A stretch of 64,000 nucleotides of DNA from Octopus sinensis. Its lineage: Eukaryota. The translations under genes and the position numbers were made by a program. Where the stretch lies: contig NC_043026.1 of NCBI RefSeq assembly GCF_006345805.1, positions 9,052,001-9,116,000 of the forward strand, written 5' to 3'. Positions 63,740 to 64,000 of the stretch are shown one piece after another (position 1 is the first letter of the stretch; every line of letters begins with the position of its first letter). A model generated the notes under the pieces. That model was not told where the DNA came from. It made no database searches and was given only the letters and a program-made list of their open reading frames with translations.

Positions 63740-63945
63740 AAAATTTCCGGAAAAAAAACAAGGGTGGAGAGGGGGATTGAAATTTTGATAAACAATCTTT
63801 TTTTTTCAGAATCGGATCCTCCATAACCAAAAACTTGGGATTCTGTAAAAAAAATAATAAATATATATCCATTTTCCTGAAAGTTACGACGGAAAAATTG
63901 GATCTTGTGAATTTTCCGAAAGTCCTTTCCCCACTCACCACCAAG
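63740..63945. repeat. Family X interspersed repeat (inverted)
   Basis: tcagaatcggatcctccataacc...gacggaaaaattggatcttgtgaattttccgaaagtcc. Confidence 0.6.
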
Positions 63946-64000
63946 GTTCCTTTACGCAATTTTTTTTGTCATATTCGTTCTCTACACAGTTGATAATATC

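Overview
AT-rich animal genomic DNA, most consistent with a coleoid cephalopod (Octopus-like). This is inferred from KRAB-less TGEKP-linked C2H2 arrays and the SINE/MITE content; no database search was run. The window holds five paralogous C2H2 zinc-finger genes, each with one coding exon: ZNF-A 1-517 (+, partial, frameshift), ZNF-B 7768-9438 (-, one internal TAA), ZNF-C 14603-15439 (+, intact), ZNF-D 26327-27500 (+, homopolymer frameshift) and ZNF-E 55684-57099 (-, intact but truncated, with a decayed tail). Comparing the paralogs suggests a duplicated whole-gene module. It consists of an NRF1-motif promoter, a non-coding exon 1 with a GTAAGT donor, a TE-filled intron, a conserved acceptor and 5' leader with a 4-codon uORF, the finger array, and a shared ancestral TTAA-MITE just after the stop codon. 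A ~16.9 kb array of a 30-bp unit (~560 copies, 36385-53320) lies between the convergent ZNF-D and ZNF-E. It shows variant-repeat and higher-order structure, and all the very long ORFs in the track come from it. The rest is mobile DNA: three tRNA-derived SINE families (two forming tandem multimers), a GAT-tailed RTE-associated repeat, RTE LINE and Penelope remnants, Helitrons, a full-length Merlin/IS1595-like transposase ORF with two catalytic residues altered, related TIR MITEs, and long fold-back structures. No true tRNA, rRNA or CRISPR was found. Most repeat coordinates are hand-read and approximate.
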